Source: Octopus sinensis
Taxonomy: Eukaryota
DNA: 64,000 nucleotides
Assembly: GCF_006345805.1 (NCBI RefSeq)
Contig: NC_043009.1
Span: 8,122,001 to 8,186,000 of the forward strand
Direction of reading: 5' to 3'
A program made the position numbers and the translations under genes. The notes under the pieces were generated by a model. That model ran no database searches and was not told the DNA's origin. It saw only the letters and a program-made list of their open reading frames with translations. Shown piece after piece: positions 38,725 to 51,795 of this stretch (position 1 is its first letter; the number at the start of each line of letters is the position of its first letter).

Positions 38725-39198
38725 GTGTTTGTTTGTATAAATTTATATTAGATAGATAGATAATGGATAAGCATTGCATTGTTGCTTCCAGAGACATTTG
38801 AACCATTCAAAGAGAATCAATAACATTTTTCGCATTTTTGCTTCTCTCAGCAATGCAGACCAGCAAAGAGGAAAAAATGTGAAAGCAAGAAAGAGAAAGA
38901 GAGAGAGAGAGAAAGAAAACAATGTAAATTAAAGATGTAAATTCTGGAATTTGAAAATGACGTTTAATTGAAACCTACTGTTAGCATTTTACTTTGTTCA
39001 GCCGATCATCTGACTAATTAGATTTACATTGCTGAAAGACAGTAGAACACTGAAGTAAGTAAAAATCTTCGGTTGGCACCACTGCTGTGGAATGCATAGA
39101 AACGAAAAATTGACAGTATGTATTTTTATGCAATTTTCATTTGATAGCTGAATCAATGAATTGATCTTAACTTAATACCTGCAGTGTAATACATTTGT

Positions 39199-39246
<48 letters not shown>

Positions 39247-40049
39247 GATGAATCTCACAAAGCTTGTACCGTTTCTTTCACTTTACAATGATCTCATCTG
39301 AGGGTCTCAAACATTCAAACTTGAAAGAAAATGACTGAGCTTATAAGGGCCATTATATTAATAATTATAATTGATAGTTATATTAATAACCACTCTCGGA
39401 GTGGTTGGCATTAGGAAGGGCATCCAGCTGCAGAAACCATGCCAAATCAGATTGGAACCTGGTGTAGCCCTCCAGCACACCAGTTCAAGTCAAACAGTCT
39501 AACCCATGCCAGCATGAAAAGCAGACGTTAAATGATGATGATGATGATATCTTTATATCAATAGTGGTGAGGATGCATGGCCTAGTGGCTAGGGTGTTGT
39601 ACTCACGATTGTGAGATCATGGTTTCAATCCCTAGACCAGGTGGTGCATTGTATTCTTGAGCAAAACACTTCATTTCACATTGCTCTGTGATCACTTCAA
39701 CACCTGATGAATTGAAACTCCCATGCACCTGTTCAGGCAACATTGATTTGAGTGAAGGGGTGAGCTAATGTATGGCACATATGTTTGATCACTATAAACA
39801 AATCATTTGTGCAGCTCTTTCAGGTAAAGCTGAACACTTGCACATCTTCTTCGATTGGAGAATCCATCATATCAATAAATATATCCACTTTATGCATTGA
39901 ATGCATTGCTTCAAATAGTGGTTCTTCCCTTTTTCCCATAATGCGAATATACATCTATATATACATTTATATATGTATATAACAGAGTAAGCACATAAAT
40001 GTGAAACAAGGTGGAAAAAAAAAAATAGTACTCGAATACCAGAGGTATT

Positions 40050-40205
40050 CTTTATTAAAAAGCAGCAAAAATATCACAAACACTGTTACTCAGAGTTTCA
40101 CATTCTCGTTTGTTGGATAGCTTTGCTTAGAAAACTGTCCAACGAACGGGAACATGAAACTCTGAGTAACAGCTTTTGTGGTATTTTTGCTGCATTTTAA
40201 TAAAG
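40050..40205. mobile_element. Hairpin element made of two inverted degenerate hammerhead-bearing arms
   Basis: CTTTATTAAAAAGCAGC...GTTGGATAG mirrors CTGTCCAACG...TTTAATAAAG. The right arm reads CTGT-CCAACGA-ACG GGAA CAT-GAAA-CTC T GAG-TA-ACAG. Confidence 0.75.
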
Positions 40206-40432
40206 CATATATTTATGTATGTGTGTGTGTATATATATATAGATATAGATATATAAATTTAACCTTTAATGGTATTTTTTAATATGCTGGCCATTGATAA
40301 AATTTATTTTGAAAAATTTAATCCTATATTAGATGTATATATATATATCTTATATATATATTATGTGTATATCTGTATAAATTTAGATTAGATAGATGGA
40401 TAATGGATAAGCATTGCATTGTTGCTTCCAGA

Positions 40433-40809
40433 GGTGCAATGGCCTAGTGGTTAGGGCAGTGGACTCGTGGTCATAGGAACGCAGTTTCAATTCCCAGACT
40501 GGGGGTTGTGAATGTTTATTGAGTGAAAACACCTAAAGCTCCATGAGGCTCCAGCAGAGGATGGTGGTGAACCCAGCTGTACTCTTTCACCACAACTGTC
40601 TTTCACTCTTACTTCCTGTTTCTGTTGTGCCTGTGATTCAAAGGGACCAGCCTTGTCACACTCTGTGTCATGCTGAATATCCCGGAGAACTACATTAAGG
40701 ATACACGTGTCTATGGAGTGCTCAGCCATTTGCACATTAATTTCATGAGTAGGCTGTTCCGTTAATCGGATCAACTGGAACCCTTGTCGTCGTAACTTAT
40801 GGAGTGCCA
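40433..40809 (+). mobile_element. tRNA-derived SINE, family C variant
   Basis: Head GGTGCAATGGCCTAGTGGTTAGGGCAG...GTTTCAATTCCC; 3' half shared with 63130-63284. Confidence 0.8.
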
Positions 40810-40811
40810 TT

Positions 40812-40847
<36 letters not shown>

Positions 40848-40954
40848 AATGGAGAAACAAATTGGATAAATGATATCCCATAGTAGGTTACACCCATAAC
40901 CCCTATCTTACTTTGTATGATATATATATATATATATATATATACATATTTTTG

Positions 40955-41328
40955 TGTGTTTGTTTCAGTCATTAGTCTGCAACCATACTGGAGCACTGCC
41001 TTCAAGGATTTAGTGAAAGAAATCAGTCCCAGTAGTTAATTTTTTTAAGACTGGTACTTATTCCATCAGGTTTTTCTTTGCTGAACTGTTAAGTTATAGG
41101 AACATAAACAAACCAATACCAATTATCAACAGGTGGTGGGGGATAAACACACACACAAATGGGAGATGAGCTTCTTTCAGTTTCTGTTTGCCAAATCCAC
41201 GTGCAAGTCTTTGTTTGGCTCGGGGCTATAGTGGAAAACACTTACCCAAAATGTCATGCAGTGGGACTGAACCCAGAATCTATGTGGTCAGGAAGCAGAC
41301 TTTTTACTTTATAGCCATGTCTCTGCCT
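40955..41328 (-). mobile_element. Family A SINE (diverged)
   Basis: Tail TTGTTTCAGTCATTAG and head GTGGGACTGAACCCAGAA recognisable. Confidence 0.8.
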
Positions 41329-43068
41329 ATATACGTGTGTATGTATTCTGCTTGGGCATTGCGAGACTTACAAGCTCGTGTAGAACTCAATATATGTACA
41401 CTTCAGAACAAAGTGTTAGATAAGCATAGAGCAGTAATTAGAAAATGAGGCAACAAAGGGAGAAACTTATGTTGTGAACCTCATTAGTTTAGAGCAGTTT
41501 CTGCTATAAGCTGCAGTGGACTCTTAATTGAGTGCCTGAATGACATCCTATAGCTTCATTGGAGCCTCGAACATGAAGTGCATTCTATTTGGGGAAAAGA
41601 ATTACATTTGTGTAATATATATAGGAAAAGGTATTACCAGTGAGAAAGTCAGTGCTGAGATATATATAAAATGTGTATATCCGAAAAGTGTATAGAGATT
41701 TAATAGTAGAAATAGATGCATATATACCTATATGCAAACACACTCAAAAACTCATGCAGACAGATAAACACACACACACAACACAGATATACACACACAC
41801 ACTCTTAAATTAATTCTTTAGAATATTCAGTATTTTGCTATATGAATTAATTCAATGATTGAATACTTTTTCATTTCATAAGCTCTTTTGCATGAAGTTC
41901 TAGCCCTTGAGTCATTCTTGTAGCTTCTCAATAAAAATCATACATGTACACACACACACACACACACACACAAATATACACAGCAGTGAGGTTAAAAAGT
42001 TCACTATGCAACCACATGGCCTTGGGTTCAACCTTACTATGTGACCCCATGAGTAAGTGTCTTGTACTACAGCCCTGGATCAACAAAAAGCCTAATAAGT
42101 GGATTTGGGAAATGGAAACTGAAAGAAGCCCATCATATATTAGATTTCAAACTCCACCAGTAAATAATAAATGAACAAGGTTTGTCTACTATAAACAAGG
42201 CAGTTAGACATGCCAACAACACTTCACAGTATTGGTGAAGGATTCAGGGACTTCACTGCACCAAGGGACTCGTAAGTAAATACAAAAAGACCTAAATAGT
42301 AAACTATAAAACTAAAACCTAGCTGTATTTCCAGTACATGTCAAAAAGGAAATATAGTGCAGCGTTTTAAGGTTTTTATAAAATATTCTTGATCTTTTGA
42401 ATATTTGTGGGTTTCGTGTTTGATATATAAGATTGTCTCCACCCTACTGACAGTATGTGAATAAACATCCTTACATACCCATATACACACACATTTAAAT
42501 TCTCTTTTCCTTTCCATCCCCCTCCCCCTTTATTCATTTATTTATTTATTTATTGATGTTGTTTTTGTGTCTTGGTTATTTTAGAGATTACCAAGTTCAT
42601 ATCTTTTGAAAACAATGTTGGGGTTACATTTGGTTCTTGAAGATTAAACTTGTATTTGCAGGAACAGCAGCAGCCAGGGCTGACTAGAGCTACTGCCATA
42701 GAAACTATTATTATGTGTATTGTTCAATATGAGATAATGGGACACAGAGAGAAGGAAAGAGGGAGGGAGAGAGAGAGAGAATGCAATTCTGAAGAACAAT
42801 ACCTTATAATAGAGCTGAAGTGCTTTGGACAAAACCTGAGCGTGGGTTGGATAGAATTCAGATGTTTTAAGCAGTTAGCCAGTTTGATTCAGATAAAATG
42901 GAAATAATTTAGGGAGGAAAAAAAGAAACTGGATTAATTTGGGATAGAACTGAAGTGATTTCAACAAAACCCACTTCAATTATTACAATCAAACTGGTTT
43001 TGGAATAGTTCTGTTATAAAGAACAATGACCCTTTGAGGTAACCAAAAAAATGTGTGATTTCTTAATT

Positions 43069-43118
<50 letters not shown>

Positions 43119-44958
43119 ATGTCTATTCCTCCCCCATCTCTCTCTCTCTCTCTCTCTCTCTAAGATGGAAGTTATAATTTTAAATAATATTTCACACATG
43201 TTTAAGTATTGTTGTATCTGTGACAATTCTGTATTCTTTTCTGATATGTGTTCAGTATATCGCCATCCATTTCAAAATGGTTACATGAAGTTTTATGAAG
43301 ATTTGGCTACTGTTTCTAGTAGGATACATGACCTCATAAAGGCTTTCTCATTTATTTGCATTATTGTTGTTATGATGTTTAACCATCAGCCCTATGATTA
43401 GGACCAGTCCAGTTATGACCACCTCATCTTTTTGGTACATCCAGAACATTAATCCCTTTACCTTTGTTTTTTTTGTTTTTTTGTAAATGGTAAAGGATGA
43501 TCTCAGGGAGATCTAGCTGCAATTTCTGATGGCTCAAGTGACTGCTTATTTACCATTTGTGTAAGTGGAGTACAAAATTGTCAATTGTGTGGAAAATATG
43601 GATGTTAAAAAGGATGCTGATGAAAATGTAGACAGTGACTGAAAAATCATAATTGTTTTCAAAATAATGTAAATACATATGCAAACATCATCCACTCTCT
43701 CCCCCATCTTTCTCTCCCTCCACCCCTCTCTCTCTCTCACACACACACATAGAGGAATTTGTTTATTTTTGTGTGAAAGAGAAGAAAGACAATGTCAGTG
43801 TGAATGCCTCTGCTTAAATGCTTTATCTTTTCTACTTAGTTACCTGTACACCACTTCTAAAATGATTCATTCAATCTCTTCTAACTAGAGTTCATTTTAC
43901 ATCTTTGCTGAAAAATTAATCAGCTTATAGTACTTTAGTTGATAATCTGGCTGTATTAAGATAAATAGATTACAGCTTAATCTTCCTTCTGTCCACCACA
44001 TAAATATATAAACTCTGATGGTGATTCATTAATTAACAGAGAATATCTTCACTTTCTGTATATACAGCAGTAAGCATTCCCTTGTTTGACATTACTTTTG
44101 TCTGACTGATGGCATCTTTGCGAATAATTTGTAAATGTTTTTTTTTCTTTTCTAGTTTTATGATATTATCTTTCATCTTTTATCTTCTTGTTTCACTCAT
44201 TAGACTGCGGTCATGCTGGGGCACCACCATGAAGAATTCTTTTAACTGAATGAATCGACTCCCGAACCTTTTTTTTTTTTAAAGCCTGGTACTTATTCTA
44301 TCAGTCTCTTTTGCCAAACAGCTAAGTTACAGGGACATAAAAACACCAACACCGGTTGTCAAGTGAAGTGGGTACAAAAACACAGACACATATATACACA
44401 TATACACAGACATGCAAGAAGTAAATAATTACCTTTAAGTAAATAAAAAACCTTTAATTTTCAAAATCTTTTATTTGCTATAGAAACTTTCCTTCATTGG
44501 CTCAACAACTTTAGAGTTTTATTCTATGGCAGAAGTTTTCATTTCCATTTAATTTACACACAATTTATTTGTATTGATTGAGGGCTGGCAAACCAAATGG
44601 CTGCACCAGGCTCCAATCTTGATTTGGCAGAGTTTCTACAGCTGGATGCCCTTCCTAATGCCAACCACTTTGAGAGTGTAGTAGGTGCTTTTTACATGCC
44701 ACCGGCACAGGGGCCAGTCAGGCGGTACTGGCAATAACCCCGCTCGAATCCTTTTACACATGTCACCAGCACAAACATTGTATTAAGGGCTAAGATGACA
44801 GAATTTGCTAAGGGAACTTATAAGTATAACTAACAAGCCAACAAGGAAACCTCAGCATAATCATTCAAACAGCAGCCAAATCTCCCTCTAATAACATCCT
44901 ATAATTTAAAAAATTAAATATAAAGGAGAAACACATTGGAAATATAATACAATATAAT

Positions 44959-45123
44959 GGCACAGGCGTGGCTGTGTGGTAAGAAGCTTACTTCCCAACC
45001 ACATGGTTCTGGGTTCAGTCCCACTGCATGGCACCTTGGGCAAGAGTCTTCTACTGTAGCCTCAAGTCATCCAAAGCCTTTTGAGTGGATTTGGTAGACA
45101 GAAACTGAAAGAAGCCCATTGTA

Positions 45124-45173
<50 letters not shown>

Positions 45174-45393
45174 CTTTGTGTCTATGTTTACCCCCCCCCC
45201 CCCATCATTGCTTGACAACTGATGTTGGTGTATTTATGTCCCTATAACTTTGTGATTTGGCAAAAAAGGCCAATAGAATAAGTACTAGGTTTATAAAGAA
45301 TAAATCTTGGGGTCAAATTTTTCACACCCTTTAAGGCTGTGCTCCAGCATGGCCACAGTCAAATGACTGAAACAATTAGAAGAATTAAAAGAA
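44959..45393 (+). mobile_element. Family A SINE nested in an (AAC)-tailed repeat
   Basis: Full head GGCACAGGCGTGGCTGTGTGGTAAG to tail. Host repeat pieces at ~44870-44950 and ~45400-45475. Confidence 0.88.
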
Positions 45394-47808
45394 TACACTG
45401 CCTAAAAATCAAATAGGATGGTCACAGCTGGAAGCCTTTTAGACATAGGTCTGATTAATTAGGGCTGATCTGTAACTTAGTGGGGGTAAGAACAAGGTTT
45501 CTCTGAGGAGTTCTATCACAAAGTAGAAGGTGGCTTTTGGGTCCCTTTTCTTTCTCTGAATGCTAGTCTTCAATATATGCGAATATTTTTTCAGAGGTAC
45601 TTGAAAATTCCAAGACCTGGTTATGATGTGGTCCTTGTACTCCCTCTCAGGCCCTTAGTGAGAAACAATATTACCATTGTATTTGAGTGGATCAAGGAAC
45701 AATACTATTTTATACTACTTTACTGTTGTCAATTGGTCAACATAACCTTTGTTGTTCAGCCATATATTGACCAGAATTTGTGTAAAGTACTGTTTCTATG
45801 GTTCATTTCTAAGTTCTTGACTAATATTTTCCCTGTTCTAAGTTTATTTAAAGAGTGGCAGTTTGAGAAGCACTCAACTATGATGGCAAGCCAATGAGAG
45901 AGCTTGAACCACTGAGATTGTCTTCTGTAAGGTTGCTTTACCTGCAAGAAATAACAAACAACAGCCAAATCTCTCTTAAATTACACCCTACCATTTTAAA
46001 AATAAATACACACACTTAGTAATGTAGTCTGAAGTTTATAATAGCTGATGAAATGATGATGACTAGAATGATTTTATTCTAAAGTGTCTGATCAGAACAG
46101 ACATGGGGCTAAAATAACAATGACTTAATGTGTGTCTGATATTTAAATTATTTCTACCACAACTAAAGATAATTCCTCACGATCTAAACAATGTGATTTT
46201 CAAGAATTGATTTTGAATAATAAACTCCAGCCAGCATACCTACCTTTCATTGTTTACTTCTTAAAAATTAATATTTGATTCTTTTATATTTTTCTTTTAA
46301 TTCTTAGATTTACTTTACTTAATCATTTCGTTGATTTAATTGAGTCAACAAGATGGGTTATTCAGCATTCTAGAAATAGCAACCAAATCACCCTTGAATT
46401 ACACCCAACCATCTTAAGTTAGGAAAGATATATTGGAAATCGGTTTAGGAAATGGTTAATTATTGCACCAAAGACATAAAAGTACATGAGCAGTATTGAA
46501 ATTATAATAATAATTTCATGATCCACTCAGTCAGAATTGACCTTGGAACCAGACAACAACCAACCAGGTTTTGGTTTATGCCAGAAATTATCATTTGCTA
46601 TACAAAACATATTCAGTTCTCATCATCAATTATTGTTTAGTCTCTGATAATCGGTCTCCTATATCAGAACTGATCTAAGTCATTCCAACAGTGGCCATCA
46701 AGTTTATTTTTCAAACATAGCATTTCTAGGTCTACATTATCCCATATGTTTTTTCTTCTTTTATAGATTGTAGGATATATTTTGAGGGACATTTGGCTGC
46801 TACTCCTTGCAGATTAGGTACCTACACAGAAGATCCCTTCATTAGTTTTTCAGCATATTAGTTGTTCAAGGTATTCTTTTAACCTAAGATAATCTCTAAT
46901 CCAACACTTCAATAAACAAAGGTGCTTTAGTGATGACTGCCCCATCTTTCTTTTTTTATATCCAGGACAACAGTTACTAATTTTCTTTCCTTTTCACAAT
47001 GATAGGGTGTAGATTTGACCACTATTTTTAACCAGCCGATGCTTGCATAGAGGTATTCATCACACCTGCACCATCACCGTTCCATCTATCCCTAGGTGTG
47101 TTATTATATTATATCAAAGTCATCAGTTTTAAACTTGCATCCCAGAGAATTTAAAAAGAAACACCTCATAGGATAGAGATGGACAAATAGTTAAACAGAT
47201 AGAACATTGAGGGAACTTCTACACATTTCCACATGGTTGCTCCACATGCTAGAAATAGCAGCCATATCCCTCAAATTGTGTCAGGAAGGAGATTACATTT
47301 GGACAGTATAGCCCTAGATATGAAACAAAATGGGATTGTCATATGTAGAACACTTTTGATTGTAAGTTCTGGATTTAACAACAACATCAGCAACACCTAG
47401 TCATTTATCTTGTAATTATTGCTACAGTCTCAATCTGCTCATGTCTTTGGTGCAATAATTAACCATCTCCTAAATGCACTTCTCTTGTAATATACAGCGT
47501 ATATTAATTTTTAAAATAATCAAGAATTTGGAGTGAATTAGCAGACTAAACTTTGTCTTTGTAATTAATTATGAAACTAGTGTTTGGAATGTAACTCTTA
47601 ACAAAACACATTCTTACACAAAATTATGACGAAAGGTTTTAATTTAAATACAAGCATTTTAAAATAGGTGGTTTTTATATTAAAAAATATATTATAGGGC
47701 AATCTGAAGCAGGTTGGTATCAAAAGGGTTGATGCATATAGATACCTGCAGCATTTTTACCCAACATCTTGAATATTGCTGAAACATCATCATCATCATC
47801 ATTTAATG

Positions 47809-48156
47809 TAGTGGTTCTCAGCTGGAGTCCATATGGCCCCTGAGGGTCCATACAAGATTCTGGGGTGTCCACACAATAAAATAGGAAATTGAGGATCCAC
47901 AATAGTATTTTAAGGGCCCCTGAAAAGATTTTGTTTTAGATGTATGTATTGGTATGTATTGCATGAAACAACTAAATTTCTTTCTCTAACATTTTACATA
48001 GTTCAACCTACACAAGTTGATGTGTGAAAACAAAATGGGAATTTTGAAAGAAGTTTCTATAAAACTTGTTTTTAAACATCGAATGGCTGTGTGGTTCCAC
48101 CAGAATAAAATAGCAATCAAAGGGGTCCATAGATAAAAAATGATTGAGAACCCCTG
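47809..48156. mobile_element. hAT-type MITE with perfect 8-bp TSD
   Basis: Ends TAGTGGTTCTCA / TTGAGAACCCCTG. ATTTAATG is duplicated at 47801-47808 and 48157-48164. Inserted into the (CAT)n tail of a family D element. Confidence 0.92.
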
Positions 48157-49129
48157 ATTTAATGTCTGTTGACTATGTTGGCATGGGCTGGATAGGTTGA
48201 TAGGATCCAATAAATTGCAGAGCTAGCTGCATTAGGCACCTGTGTCAGCCTTGGCATGGTTTCTGCAGCTGGATGCCCTTCCTAACACCAGTCACTTCAC
48301 AGTGTATACTGGGTGTCATTGTTTTTTGTGCGGCCAGCACTAGTGAAGTTACCAAGTAACTTACAGGACAAAATAAGGAAAGAAAAAAGTTCCTTTGACT
48401 GAATGAGAGTGTATTTCAGAGAGAGAGAGAGAAGTGGCTCTGTGCTCGATGTTGAAGGCTAAAATGTGATAGAGGGACTTACTGTATAAACAGTAGATTT
48501 CAGTATCATAACTTCACTTGTTTCATGGAATTTAATTATATTGAAAGCGTCTGTGGTAGTAATAGGAACGATGGGTTGGTAATGCTATGTTGTTCAAAAT
48601 ATAATAGCAAGAAAGTGTCACTCAAACTCTGTTTCTGTACATGTTTATGTGATACATGTGAGCTATCTCACACAGTCAGTTCTGAAATTGATGTCTATGC
48701 AGTCAGATCTTCAACAAATAGCAGCAAAATCACTCTAACATTACACCCTATCATCATCTTCATCTTCACCACCACCATCATCATTTTACATCTGCTTTTC
48801 CATGCAATATGGGTTCAGATAGGTTACCACTGCCTGAGTGAGTCAGTTCTCAGTCCATTACTATCCTTGTGGAGGGGTCCTTGTACATTTCATCCTTGGT
48901 CTTCTTTCCTCACACCAACCACTTTACAGAGTGTACTAGTTGCATTTTTATCACACCACTGGTATTACAGAGGTTGTCTTTGAATTATCATTGTTTTATT
49001 GTTACCTACATTCTGCATGATGGTCATGGGATGTGCACCATTTAACACAGCTGCCTTTTCTAAGTTGAACATTTTTTTTTTTTTTTTTTGTCTCTTTGGT
49101 ATATTTTTGCCTGCAGCCACAGTTTTACT

Positions 49130-50720
49130 CGGCTATTCACTTGCTTAAGGTCAATGGCAGTATAGGACTCTGTGTTGCCACTGCTTTACTTCAATGAACA
49201 CTTTGCTGTAGAACTGCATTAATGAATTTTAACAAGGCCCTGTGTCTAGGATTATAAATGCAATCTATTTAGCAATGGTAATTTATTCTCATTACTGGCA
49301 ATGTCAATAGGATTTGGAGAATTAATACTGTCTGATCTTGAACTGACTGAAGCTTGGTTAAGATACCTTTCAACTAGTGCTAGGACAAAGCTCAATGACT
49401 TTACTGGTAAAGAAATAACTGATCTCTTTATCTCTAAAGCAGCAATTGAGAATATTAAAGACTTTGTAATGGTGTACCCTTAAATATTGAAGATGAACTT
49501 GGCAAACATAAAAGCGACTATAATGGTCTCAATAAAACAAAGGAAAAAGCTCGTTATTGCTGAAATATTTTCATCTTAATAAAAATTATCAAGCTCCTCG
49601 CATAGTTCAGACAATTGTCAAAGCTTCTCTTTCTTTGCAGAGTTTATCTGGAACTGAAAGAATGGTTTCTTTTAACTTTAGATAGACATTGTGAAAAGCA
49701 TAGAAATGCATACCATTCTGAGACAGTAGACCAGATATTGAATGTTGACTAGCATCTGTAATAGCTGCAAACTCTTTTGTATCAAATATCTATAAAATTG
49801 ATGGTTCAACCAAATTTTTCTTTAATGTTCAAAACAGATCAATGTTTCCTTCTTCCTTGAAATCTTGTGCTTTTTTTTCATACGTTTCAAAACCTACACA
49901 CTTTTTCAGAGAATGCCGAATAAATCGACCAGAAAAATCAGTTGTTCCTAAAATTTATTCCAATTCTTTCATACTTTCTGAGAATTTTACCCCTAATATC
50001 TTCTTCACTCACATATCATCTGATTGAATATCATGTTTGGGGATCTTATAGCCTTGGAAGGTCAACTCCTCGGCACAAAAAACAATTTTATTTTCAGTAA
50101 TAACCATACCATATGGGGGGAGGGGGAATCTGTCCAAAATTGTGTAGGAAGCTGTCGTCATCATCATTTAACATCTAGATCCATAATATGCAAATTTAGT
50201 GTAATTTTTTGTTTTTAGTTATATTTCAGCTTTATATCCTATTAAGCACTTATAGACAAATTATGTTTGATGAATGTGATGTATCATTACTTCCCAACAG
50301 ATCCATTTTATTAAGGATCATGTTTCTTTTAACAATCACCAAGAATTATGGTAATTCTATATTTTGTGAAGTTTCTGTCTTTAAAGCAGTTTCAAACTTT
50401 CCCATTAGTTTGATCACTGAACCATCAAACTGTTTAAGGTTGTCATTACAAGATTCTAATTTGGGAGATCTTATTTTTATCCAGAGGTTTTTAGAGATGA
50501 TAGTAACAACATCACTGCTAGTGTCCATTTGCATCTCTGCACTTTAGTATTATTTAACTTAATGCGGGGGTCAGTGTGTTGGCATCACTGATTCCAGTGT
50601 TGAAGATATTTACATGACTCTTGGTCACTAACCTCATTAGCATCAACTTGTACACTTTCTCCAAAGATGGACTGGAAATGGTTCTTCTTTAAACAAATAT
50701 TGATGTTAGACAATGCAAAA
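49130..50720 (-). mobile_element. Decayed Gypsy/Ty3 LTR-retrotransposon gag-pol remnant
   Basis: Minus strand, in order: degenerate zinc knuckle (INICLKKNHFQSIF); aspartic protease MQMDTSSDVVTIISKNLWIKIRSPKL...FDGSVIKLMGKF (50534); RT C-terminus KIVFCAEELTFQGYKI...KELE*ILGTTDFSGRFI; RNase H AITDASQHSISGLLSQ and EREALTIV*. PR-RT-RH order. The RT core is missing and no LTRs are seen. Confidence 0.85.
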
Positions 50721-50854
50721 GAGTGAAAAAAAAAAAAGAGTTCTTCCAAAACAACTTTGAGAGATTATAGTACCATTGCTTTATCATTGTAGTATTGCAT
50801 ATGTTTTGCATAACATTGCCCCGTGGCTTAATCTTATGGTCATATTTGGTCTGC

Positions 50855-51175
50855 AGCTACGCTGAAGCAGTACATCAAATGGTTTAGTTCAACAAATTGA
50901 CTCCAGTACTTAGCTTTCTAAGTCTGGTACTTATTCTATCAGTTTTCTTTGTTGAACCACTAATTTACTGGGACATAAACAAACCAACACCAGTTGTCAA
51001 GCAGTGGTGACACACACACACATGATTAGTTTCTTTCACTTTCTGTCTACCACTCATCACAAGGCTCTGATCAACCCACTCAGGCTATAGAAGACACTTG
51101 CTTAAGGTACTGCACAGTGAGATTGAACCTGGAACCATGTGGTTGGGAAGCAAACTTCTTACCACATAGCCACAT
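50855..51175 (-). mobile_element. Family A SINE (diverged)
   Basis: GGTACTTATTCTATC...GAACCTGGAACCATGTGGTTGGGAAGC segments. Confidence 0.8.
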
Positions 51176-51724
51176 CTTTTTGACATGGTTTTTATATATG
51201 GAAAAGTTTTTTTCTTTTCGGTATGTTTTGCATATGACTACAGCTTAACTTTCTTATTCAGCTGATTAAACCAGTGGACCACATGAAACTACTGATAAAC
51301 ACTTCCTTATGGGACTATATTAGTGGACTTGGGCAAGGCCCTGTGTGTGCAGGATTAGAAATACAATCTTTCTAACAATAATGATTTCTTATTAACAATG
51401 ACATAGCAGACTTGTCCCTGGCCAGACTGAAGCATCTTGTTTATTTTGTCTACAGTTGTTTTACAAAAAAAAAAAAAAGAAAAAATTTTAAAGGACACAT
51501 TCTATAATGTCCTAGGAACACGATTGTTTCAAGCAGGGCTTTTTAGATAAAGAAGAAAATTGGAAAAAGGAAGCAGGTTGGTTGGTTGAAAGTCAGGCTG
51601 CCGGGTGGAAGGTAAAAAAGAAAAGGGTAGCTAATGAGCAAGTGGACAATGCAATTGATTAAAAGTTATTGTTGACTTTTGGGATTATGTTAGCATGCAT
51701 TTAACTGTATGTTCCTTTGTACAG

Positions 51725-51795
51725 AAGACATCTGTGAAAATTTTTTACAATGATGGACGTGAATGGTCACTGGTCAAAACACTGAGATACAAGAG
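51725..51795 (+). CDS. Candidate 71-nt exon of an unidentified gene
   Basis: Branch-like TTTAAC, pyrimidine tract TGTTCCTTTGTACAG, one open frame KTSVKIFYNDGREWSLVKTLRYK, and a weak donor AG|GTTGGG. Lies in non-repeat sequence. Confidence 0.28.

Noticed and set aside
39002-39054. AG...GTAAGT-bounded 53-nt segment
   Set aside because: Stops in all three frames. It could only be a non-coding exon and there is no further support.
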